DNA of 63,943 bases, filler included, from Octopus bimaculoides (Eukaryota): assembly GCF_001194135.2 (NCBI RefSeq). It is 5 parts of 5 records of this genome, joined end to end, with 100 filler letters (N's around TTAATTAATTAA, not from the genome) between each part and the next. Parts side by side here need not be neighbours in the genome. Positions count along the whole stretch, not along the records: positions 49,756 to 62,639 come from NC_069000.1; positions 62,740 to 63,943 come from NW_026338520.1; 3 more parts are not named here. One strand, written 5' to 3'. The notes below the pieces were generated by a model. That model saw only the letters and a list, made by a program, of their open reading frames with translations. It ran no database searches and was not told the origin of the DNA. The translations under genes and the position numbers were made by a program. Position 1 is the first letter of the stretch. Every line of letters starts with the position of its first letter. Positions 54,473 to 63,267 of this stretch are shown here, piece after piece.

Positions 54473-55571
54473 GAAGTTGTGTTGCAATATTCCTGATGTG
54501 AAGTTGGGTGTTGAAATATATTCGTTGTTCTCTCGTTTATTATTGTTCTTGTTCTAACTCATGTTCTTTGTCCGGAAATCCTTCGCCACACATCTGTGAC
54601 CTCCTCAGCGACACTTTCTGTCTTCGTGTGTGCTCTTGCTCTGCTTTTTCCATTCAGAGATGTGTGACGAAAGATTTCCGGTTTCCGGACAATGGACATA
54701 AGATAGAATAAGAACAGTAATAAGAGAGTGATGAACGAATATATAGTGCGTGTGTTTATTTGGCAAAAAAAAGAGAGAAAAGAATGACCATCCCGAAAAG
54801 CAACAATATATCTATAATACATTAAAAGTCAGCTTCAATCTTCCTTGCTTGCTTGCAATGTTAGTCAGCGAAACTGGCGCATAATGGGAAAATACCATGA
54901 ATTAACTTACCCTGAAATGTTAATATGAATCGAATGAAACAAGTTTCGCGTAAATCGGTAGTTTTCAAGATACCAGAGATTTTCAGGGTATAAATCCCCG
55001 AAACAGAGCATAATGGGAATATGTTCCGAAATTAATCTTCATCGTGAAAGGGAAGAAACTCTTATCTTTCTATTAGACAGTGAGTTTTTTGGGGGTTTTT
55101 TCGAGTGCATTCAACGTATCTGGCTGTTATTTTTAGAACACCCTGCTACCACGTAACAACTATTTGCAATAAAGGACCGGAAAACCTGTTACGTGGTAGC
55201 AGAGCGTGCAAGGAATAGCAGACAAATCTGTCCTTTTCTGAGGAAAGGAGCCGTTTACACGTGATTTCGATGTCACGTTCCATATAACCTGGAAAAGAAA
55301 AAAAACCCATGAAACAAAACTCCATTTATGGGAAACTCAGAGTTTCCCGGTGACTCTACGGGTCACGGGTGGTCTAGTACATATATATATGTNNNNNNNN
55401 NNNNNNNNNNNNNNNNNNNNNNNNNNNNNNNNNNNNNNNNNNNNNNNNNNNNNNNNNNNNNNNNNNNNNNNNNNNNNNNNNNNNNNNNNNNNNNNNNNNN
55501 NNNNNNNNNNNNNNNNNNNNNNNNNNNNNNNNNNNNNNNNNNNNNNNNNNNNNNNNNNNNNNNNNNNNNNN

Positions 55572-55650
<79 letters not shown>

Positions 55651-56658
55651 AAGATATATATGCATGCATATATGTGTTTATGTATATATATGTATATATA
55701 CACAGGAATACACATACGCACATATGTATGTGTGTGTGTATTTAAGTATGTATTTATGTACAGTTTTGTGGGGAGAAAATGAAACAGACAATGGTAGACA
55801 CAGAAAAAGAACACGATCCTTACTGTTTTGTAGAAATCTAATTTCTGCCTCACCAGACGGAACCAACCAAACTTCTGTGATGGAAGATGAAGAATCTCAC
55901 AACACAGGAAGCACCAGAGAGAGAAGGATCCGAAACGAGAGATTCATAATGTTAAAAGAGACGCAGAACGTGGTGAGAGAGTAATTGTTTTATTGTTTGT
56001 TAATTAATACTGATAATTAATAAATATTTATAATTATTAACGATGTGTTTTTCTCTGAGTATATCGAAATATGTATATTTTTAGCTCTTAATCTTTTCCA
56101 TTTTATTTCTGCATAAAATAAAGTTTTTAAAGTTTCGTGGTTTAAGAAAAGCTTACATCGATGGTGTTTGTGTACAGTCTATTTAATCTGTCTTTTGGGA
56201 TCCTCAGCATGGTGTAACCCAAGGCAAATGAACTAACCCTGAATTCAACGTGTTTCATATGGAGGAGTTACTTAAAAGGATATAATTCACATGTCCAGTC
56301 TGGATATGTCATCTGCCGCCTTTAGTTTAATTATTGCACATTTCAACGTTACGAAATGATAAATTACAAAGCAACATTAACATAAAATGGTGAGACACTT
56401 ATAAAAAGGAATCACAACGCTTAAAAGAATCATTATTAAAATTCTTTGAATATTAATCTAAATTCTTTTCTTTATTGTTTTAGGAGAGTCTTTCAACAGC
56501 AGATAAAAATGGTCTCAATGGCGAATGCATTGTCAGGAACCGGAAAGATGAGAGATCGTTGGCGAAGCGCTGCTCAAATATAATTGGTGTTGAACTTTTT
56601 AAAAATGTTAACTTTGTGTTACTGATGTTGTCCTATGGCTTTTGGGTGTGTAAGTAGC

Positions 56659-56703
<45 letters not shown>

Positions 56704-59552
56704 CAGGCCTTGTACTATATGAGAAAGGATTATCATTATTGCTATAATGATTATTATTGCATTTATTCTCATCAGATTAGACAGTTGAACAAAATTCCTA
56801 TCATCAGGCTACAACAAGTAACTTTTGATGCCAAGAACCTATCCTAGCTGTCCCTAATGATAGCAATTTGGAGCTGCATTAAACTAGGGTTTATGCCTAT
56901 TTCCTCTATCCATCCGTTCAAATCTTTAGGTGTAGTTTCTAATACACCTATAACTACAGTGATATATCTTACCTTTCATAGCCTCTGTAATTCAATGGCT
57001 AGGTCCTGCTACTTCGCTATTTTCTCTATACCCCTCATATTATCTTTCTCGTCATATACGCCTGTTAAATCAATTATCTGGCACTTTCTATTCTTTTGGT
57101 CTACTACTATTAAACCAAGCATTCTAGCTTCTATTACTTTATCAAACTAAATGTTAAAATCCCCATTTCTTACTTTCTAGCAGTTTACTAGATTCATGTT
57201 CAAACCACTTAACCAGATCCTAGCTTTCTACATAACTTCCACTCGATTATTCTCCCTGGCTTCTCATGTTTATTCTTGTATTTTCTTCTGGAAAATTGCT
57301 TTGTAGTATTTGTTGCCCCTTTTTATGCTCTGAATCCAAGTCCCACCAATGTTAACTCTGTTTTTCATCATTTCGGGGCCGATAAAATGAAGCAACAATT
57401 AATCCTGGGTCGATTTAATCAGCTAATCCTCAAAAATCTAACTTTGTGCATAAATCAGAAAATTATTAATAATATTAGAAAATTCTTATTTCTAATTATT
57501 ATCATAATAATTATTATAAATGTAATTAGCGTTCGAATTGTGACAATTGTATTATAATTGTAAATTCTTATATTTAATTAAAGCATAATTTCAGAAATTA
57601 TCCAAGAGTACATTGAGAAAATACAGTAATCCCTCACCATATCACGGTTCACCTATCGTGGTTCAACTATCGCGGTATATTGCTCAAGCTTACATCGATT
57701 CCTCTGTGGTGTTATTTTGCATTTATGATAAACTGACGCTACAAAGCTATTTTCTATGATTTCAAATATAAGAAAATTCAGATACATTTGTAGAAATATT
57801 TGGTTGTGAGAAAAGTCATTCTGTGTTAATGTCTTGATTTTCTAAGGCTGCAAGCTGGCGGAAACGTTAGCACGCCGGGCGAAATGCTTAGTAGTATTTC
57901 ATCCGTCTACGTTCAAATTCCACCGAGGTCGACTTCGCCTTTCATCTTTCCGGGGTCGATAAATTAAGTACCAGTTGCGTACTGGGTTCAATCTAATCGA
58001 CTGGCCCCCTCCCCAAAAATTTCGGCTCCGTACCTAGAGTAGAAAAGATTGTCTTGATTTTTTTTTGTGTATCTACGCTCACAGATGTCTCACGTCAACC
58101 AAATAAAATTACTAGCTGACATTACTAACAAAAATAATAAGAACTAATACATTGACTGTAGACGTTTAGCTACATCAAATTTTGTTCTGCACGTTTCTTT
58201 TCTTACTCATCTCCATTCCGACATCCTTTTTGTCCCTTTAACTTTGTATCATCTCACTTTTTCTCACTATTTTTATCACTTTCTTTCATTTTTATTTCAG
58301 TAAGTATAACCGCGATAATATATATGCCACCTCTCTGTGTTTGGTCGTTTGGCATGACTCAAAAGAAGTCCGCCATTTTAATGTCACTTCTCGGATTATT
58401 CACAACAATCGGTGAATTCTTACTTGGTGTGTTTGTTGATCTGCTTCACTTTGGTACCAAGAACATGTACATCTTCTCTCTGCTAATATCCTCTGTTTCT
58501 ACTATGTTGCTGCCATACTGCTATACCTTCCAATACATCGCTCCTGTAGTCTGTCTCTACAGTCTTGCTCTCGGTAAGTTTATAACATTGTCAACACAAT
58601 TCATTTTAGAATTTTATTGTAATGTTCGTATATTCATAATCGCCATCATCTCCTGACTGGCTCAACCCGTCGCTGTTGTGCTGCTCTGAACGATCTAGCA
58701 GTTAGCTAATCACTACTGATTCTGGAGTACCAACACACGAAGAAGGGCCGCAATTTTGAGACTTGTCAAATCGTTGATATTTTGCCGAAGCAAGAGATTC
58801 GTGACATCCTTTTCTTTGCTCTTCTTCCACTGTGTATTGGAATCTAGTTTTTGGCAAAGAGTCGTATTGGGATGCATCTCCTTCTCAGCCGAGCTTTGCT
58901 GTTGTGCAGCAGCAAGACGTGGTTCTTGTCTGTCCACATATTTGGCGAGTTCCTGCCTGACAAATCCATTTGTCTTTTACTCTCTGCACATGGTTTGTTG
59001 CAGGTTTTTGCAGCACTTGCACTTGAACGCCTAGACTCGTCATTCTGTGTCGTTTTTATAAAAAAATCACACAAATATGTTTGTGTATTTGTCTATATAT
59101 ATATATATATGTGTGTGTTTGTGTGTGGCATTCTGAAGCTGTACCGTTCTCCATTTACTCCAGGGTTTACCGTATCACTAAGACTGGTGTTAACCACTGA
59201 AGTCGTTGGTCTAGAACATTCTACAAAGGCATACAGTGTTCTATGTGTCACGAGTGGAATCGCAGGACTAGTTTCCCCTCCTCTTTTTGGTAAGCTCATC
59301 AAAGTTATTCTTCAATATGTTTATGTAATGTAATATTGAAAGTAACCGGTGCAATGTACTTCTCTATGTTTGTATCGAAAACCATTTCCACACAGAGAAG
59401 CCTTACACTTATATTAATTTGTCCTTTTAGGGCTGTTTTATGACATCACCGGATCGTTCCTGGTTGTGTTCCATGGATCTGGAGCCTGTGGCATTCTTGC
59501 ACTAGTGGTTATTTCGTTAATAACTTTACGTAATAAATTTTGTATAAAATAA
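51062..59552 (+). CDS. SLC16A: SLC16/MCT-family (MFS) transporter, 8 coding exons: join(51062..51311,51793..51936,53258..53530,55764..55972,56484..56649,58301..58573,59164..59289,59431..59552) = 1563 nt, 520 aa
   Basis: SLC16 signature motifs are present: PLDGGWGW (TM1), [11 protein letters not shown] (TM4-5), GSLCRP (end of TM6), [14 protein letters not shown] (TM11-12). All 7 introns are GT-AG with matching phases (1,1,1,0,1,1,1), and the spliced ORF has no internal stop. The symbol is family-level only; the orthologue cannot be assigned. Extra exons inside the N gaps at 53598-54435 and 55393-55571 cannot be excluded but are not required. Confidence 0.93.
51793..51936 (+). CDS. SLC16-like coding exon 2 (144 nt; TM3-4)
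   Basis: Acceptor TTTTCAG| ends at 51792; (A)[15 protein letters not shown]...TYGLIA; donor G|GTGAGA at 51937; phase 1-1. Confidence 0.95.
52717..52759. repeat. (TAG)n microsatellite in intron 2
   Basis: Direct reading. Confidence 0.95.
53258..53530 (+). CDS. SLC16-like coding exon 3 (273 nt; TM4-6)
   Basis: Acceptor TTTTTTTCAG| ends at 53257; (G)VSLGMSFF...[11 protein letters not shown]...GSLCRPLQ...ESK; donor G|GTAAGA at 53531. Confidence 0.95.
54516..54744. repeat. Long imperfect inverted repeat (fold-back/MITE-like), arms about 85 bp, loop 54600-54653
   Basis: 54530-54599 is complementary to 54654-54728; the outer 11-bp block ATATATTCGTT (54516-54526) pairs with AACGAATATAT (54734-54744). 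Confidence 0.9.
54811..55377 (+). mobile_element. Non-autonomous Helitron-like element (567 bp) in intron 3
   Basis: 5' A|TCTATAATACATTAAAAG, subterminal (GCTT)n, 3' GC-rich hairpin CCC(G)GTGAC-TCTACGG-GTCACGGG (55346-55369), then CTAG|T. Inserted between A and T with no TSD, matching Helitron terminal hallmarks. Confidence 0.7.
55143..55202. repeat. Perfect 16-bp inverted repeat with a 28-nt loop inside the Helitron-like element
   Basis: CTGCTACCACGTAACA / TGTTACGTGGTAGCAG. Confidence 0.95.
55764..55972 (+). CDS. SLC16-like coding exon 4 (209 nt; hydrophilic central loop)
   Basis: Acceptor GTACAG| ends at 55763; open frame (V)[10 protein letters not shown]...KETQNV; donor GTG|GTGAGA at 55973. 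Its phase 1-0 exactly bridges exon 3 (phase 1) and exon 5 (phase 0). The polypyrimidine tract is weak and there is no homology support. Confidence 0.75.
56484..56649 (+). CDS. SLC16-like coding exon 5 (166 nt; end of loop, TM7 start)
   Basis: Strong acceptor TTCTTTTCTTTATTGTTTTAG| ends at 56483; ESLSTADK...[22 protein letters not shown] (typical SLC16 LFKNxxF pre-TM7 motif); donor T|GTAAGT at 56650. Confidence 0.9.
56659..56703. repeat. (AAT)n microsatellite starting 9 nt into intron 5
   Basis: GTAAGTAGC followed by (AAT)n. Confidence 0.95.
56765..57275 (-). mobile_element. Antisense R4/Dong-like RLE remnant in intron 5 of the SLC16-like gene
   Basis: Minus strand: [72 protein letters not shown]. 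The 3' end abuts a degenerate (AAT)n tract. Confidence 0.85.
57622..57700 (+). mobile_element. Tigger/pogo-like (Tc1/mariner) terminal fragment in intron 5
   Basis: TA|CAGTAATCCCTCACCATATCACGGTTCACCTATCGTGG resembles a pogo/Tigger TIR preceded by a TA target site; no partner end was found. Confidence 0.55.
57846..58050 (+). mobile_element. SINE family A (tail type 2) in intron 5
   Basis: Family A head and core; tail GGCCCCCTCCCCAAAAATTTCGG...CCTAGAGTAGAAAAG, as in the 1742-1910 copy. Confidence 0.88.
58301..58573 (+). CDS. SLC16-like coding exon 6 (273 nt; TM7-10)
   Basis: Long pyrimidine tract and TTTCAG| ending at 58300; (L)[10 protein letters not shown]...[24 protein letters not shown]...LYSLAL; donor G|GTAAGT at 58574. 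Confidence 0.95.
59164..59289 (+). CDS. SLC16-like coding exon 7 (126 nt; TM10-11)
   Basis: Acceptor TTTACTCCAG| ends at 59163; (G)[17 protein letters not shown]...LVSPPLF; donor G|GTAAGC at 59290. Confidence 0.95.
59431..59552 (+). CDS. SLC16-like coding exon 8 (TM12 and stop)
   Basis: Acceptor GTCCTTTTAG| ends at 59430; (G)[17 protein letters not shown]...RNKFCIK*; TAA at 59550-59552. Confidence 0.93.
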
Positions 59553-59553
59553 A
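59548..59553 (+). terminator. Candidate polyadenylation signal AATAAA overlapping the stop codon (second AATAAA at 59532-59537)
   Basis: Sequence AAAATAAATTTT at the stop, followed by U-rich/GU-rich sequence (TGTTTCTGTTTCGTTT). Confidence 0.3.
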
Positions 59554-59765
59554 TTTTATTTCATAAAATGTTTCTGTTTCGTTTAAAATTTATATTTCTT
59601 TATATTCTGTTTTCTTTAGAGGATTTGTCACATAAATATATTTTGCATCACATATGTGTTTACACATGGATACACACATAAAGCGAGTTCTAAATATGAT
59701 AAGTGGACTCAAAAAAATTAGCCATAGTATCCATTTATTATTAACGCCGTCGCTAAAGTATGACG

Positions 59766-59855
59766 TGGTATTGTGGTAAAAAGTTCGATTCCCAAACACA
59801 TGGTTACGGGTTCAGTTCCAATGTGTGGCACCATGGGAAAGTGTTTTCTGATATA
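59766..59855 (+). mobile_element. SINE family B 5' module, diverged
   Basis: TGTGGTAAAAAG...ACATGGTTACGGGTTCAGTTCCAATGTGTGGCACCATGGGAAAGTG. Confidence 0.75.
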
Positions 59856-60255
59856 TATAATCATTTCCGAAACAATGTGGTTGGAAAGGACGCAAACTTT
59901 TTACAATCACGCAAACTTTTTACAGTCACGCCTGTCCTTTTTGTTTCGGGTAGGACAAGCCCTTTCCGAAATGCCTATGGTACAACTCCAGAAACTATTT
60001 CTCGCTTGAAATATTTATTTAGGAAAAAGTGAAGAACGTTTTCACAAACATATATCAGGGAAACAGACAGTTTATCAAATAATAATAATAATGGTAATAA
60101 TAATAATAATAATAATAATGGAAAAGTAAACAGTGAGAAAAGCAGTGAGGTATAATGATATAAAAGAAAAATAATGGTGGGAAGGCAGAATGCATCAGTG
60201 TTTAAACTACGGCTGAAATTTAGTTGTGATAAATACATACATACATATGTATACA

Positions 60256-60258
<3 letters not shown>

Positions 60259-60340
<82 letters not shown>
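60259..60340. repeat. (CA)n microsatellite
   Basis: Direct reading. Confidence 0.97.
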
Positions 60341-60343
<3 letters not shown>

Positions 60344-60379
60344 TATATGGCCGCAGTCTGAGCCAAGGAGAAAAATCTA

Positions 60380-60540
60380 AATAATCCTAAGCTTGGCAAA
60401 GGCCTGCAATTTTGAAGAGAGAAGTAAGCTGATTTTATCGATCCCATTGCTAAAATCGAACTCATTTTATCATCCTGCAAAGGATGAAAAGCAAAGTCGA
60501 CCTCGGTGGAGTTTGAACTCTGAGCGCAAGCAGTCGCTTA
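60380..60540 (-). mobile_element. SINE family A, diverged, downstream of the SLC16-like stop
   Basis: AAAGGATGAAAAGCAAAGTCGACCTCGGTGGAGTTTGAACTC is the reverse complement of the family A B-box/core. Confidence 0.75.
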
Positions 60541-62413
60541 AGTTTAAACAAGGAGGCGATAGGTTTGATTTAAGCAACGTTTCAGTAAACTGGGTGAAAG
60601 ATCAGGAAAAACATAAGAACCATCGACAGCATCTGATCAACACTGAACATTATTCTAAACGTATATTTATAAAAGAAATCCCAGAAGTCTTTGATTTAAA
60701 GTAAGATTAATATCTCCCGACTATTTCTCGTGGAAATATTTATGATGAAAATAATGCTAAAACGAATTAGATGCTTTAAAATATATTTACGTATCATAAA
60801 ACTGAAGCGAATATTTTTAGGATTATTTCGTAGCTCTTTCTATCATGCGTAGTGAATACACATTACCGCTTACTTTACATCAAACATTATCTGCTTATAT
60901 CAAGGGGTATACATCTAAAATAATATGTGTGTAACATTTATAATGCATAAACAAGTATATATACAGCACTTGCTTTAATATTTTGTCACCGAGGAAGTTC
61001 CTGAAGAGAAGTATATTTTTAAAATCACAGGAGCTTGTTCAGATCATCAGATACCGATGTTTCGATCTCATTTGATCTCTTCAATGACAAACACTCTCAG
61101 ATAGTCCACGCTCTTCTGTTATTAATTTACAAAATATAAATATGAACTAGTAGTAAAGACACTTTAGAAATCAGAGTTTATTTCTTCAGACGTTTCTGGT
61201 GAAATATATCCCGACAACCAATTAATAAAAATAAAATTAAACTAGTCAATGCGCAAGTTCCACCAGCAAGGTAAACAGCCAGAAATGAGTTTGTGGTGTC
61301 GAAAACCAGTCCTGAAATATAAAAATAACATTTGTTATTAAATTGTAATTATATATTTCGTATATATAGATTGACTTCACCCAACGTTATTAAACATTTC
61401 GAATATAATCAAAAGCTTGTTTTCTTTTGTAAAGAAAAGTATCAAAATCCACTTCATCTTTTAAAATGAGACAGACCTTTGTGAAGACCTGTTTCGTTTT
61501 AAAATCCATGAATAGTTTCCACATTTTTTTTATCATTAATGAAACGATTTCTTTAACAATGCACCCAGCAAATATTTTATACTGTTATCTGTAAAATATC
61601 TAATAAACAGGCATTTATATCTTTGCCAACAACTCTAAATGAAATATGATTTAAATTATTTTATCATATTTTCATTTGAAGCAACTCCAACCTTATGCAA
61701 CCACGATTTAATAAGTTTAGTTTTAAGTAATGTAAGGTTAGCTACTCAAATACGTTTTATGGTCACTACTTCTAGTCTCTGCTACAGTAGGTTTGGTATG
61801 TCTACTATCATCAGTATATTACGTCAAAGTTGTCAAACATAGGCACTGCAACAATGTTTAGTCTGATACACCCTCCGACTAAACATTTTAAGCGTTTTAC
61901 ATGAAAACCAAAACACTGGTTCCAGTTTTGATAACACTTCGTATTTTCCCCTTTATTGTTGGTATTAAACTTGCCGTAATGTACAACGACCCTGTTATCC
62001 ATTTACTTTGTCCTACATTATAAATAGCGTCTTTTGGGATTAATTATCCTTATGTGGCTCATGGGATTTAGTTTATGCTTAAATCCGGATCGCCAAGCCT
62101 TACTTGTTTGATACTCCTGGATTGGAACGACTCAGGTAAAGTATTTTGTTTGGATCTCGGAAGAATGAAATACAAAGTTGATCAAATTAATGCCAAACAT
62201 GTTTTTGCTCTCCAAAGAATTGGACTAAAAGTGGGTTGCAAGAGTGAAAACATTTTTTATAATTTAATTTTCCTTAAAAAAGAAATATATGGAAATATTT
62301 TCTAACAGAGAAATCGACTGTTATTTATGGCCACACATCATCCGATCTTCTACTCCCTTCTTTATAGAAATGTGTTCAATAATAAAATTAATAAACTTAC
62401 CAAAGGTAGGAGG

Positions 62414-62449
<36 letters not shown>

Positions 62450-62639
62450 TAGGTCAAATACAGAGTGACCGTAAAGTCTGGATACATAGGAGAAAAGTAT
62501 AAACTCATATACAATGTGTGGAAGAGAAAAGAAAGACAAAAATATTGGCAGTATTTCCCATTTATCTGAATCTTATGGTCGACCTATATCAGGTGCTTAC
62601 ACACCAAAACCACAATATATATATATATATATATATATA

Positions 62640-62739
62640 NNNNNNNNNNNNNNNNNNNNNNNNNNNNNNNNNNNNNNNNNNNNTTAATTAATTAANNNNN
62701 NNNNNNNNNNNNNNNNNNNNNNNNNNNNNNNNNNNNNNN
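62640..62739. other. Artificial 100-bp assembly spacer
   Basis: 44 N + TTAATTAATTAA (62684-62695) + 44 N. Confidence 0.97.
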
Positions 62740-62898
62740 GGGTGACAGAATATTTCGAAAACTGGACGGATTATTTTTTCCAAGAAAGTAACTATTTTAT
62801 CTAATTTTCCAATTATATAACAACACATGCAGCGCATAGCTTGCATGTCCGAGACTGCACACCACTGATATATATATATATATATACGGCAAGGAGAA

Positions 62899-63031
62899 GG
62901 GGATCCAGAGATAGTATGCATGGACTGTTAGACATTATATTATGTCTATTTATTTATTTATAAATAAATAGATATAATAAATAGACATAATATAATGTCT
63001 AACAGTTGATGCATACTATCTCTTGATCCCC
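62899..63031. repeat. Near-perfect palindrome: 56-bp arms, 21-bp AT-rich spacer
   Basis: 62924-62954 is the exact reverse complement of 62976-63006; the outer 25 bp match with 3 differences. Confidence 0.95.
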
Positions 63032-63225
63032 TCCATTTTCTTCTTGTATAAATTAAGGGTAAACAACTTTTTACCCTCACCCTTTTATTACGCTCAATAG
63101 TGTAATTGCCACGAAATAACCAACACTTGTGTATTAATAATAGGGTATTAATGCCAGCAGTATATTGGATAGATACTATCCCTTAGTTGGTTGGATTCAC
63201 AACCTCTAACTCTCTTTGAATTTGT

Positions 63226-63227
<2 letters not shown>

Positions 63228-63263
<36 letters not shown>
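63228..63263. repeat. (GA)n microsatellite
   Basis: Direct reading. Confidence 0.95.

Positions 63264-63267
<4 letters not shown>

Noticed and set aside
53258-58573. Exons 3 and 6 are both 273 nt and phase 1-1, hinting at an internal duplication
   Set aside because: They encode non-equivalent helices (TM4-6 versus TM7-10) and show no visible sequence similarity; likely coincidence.
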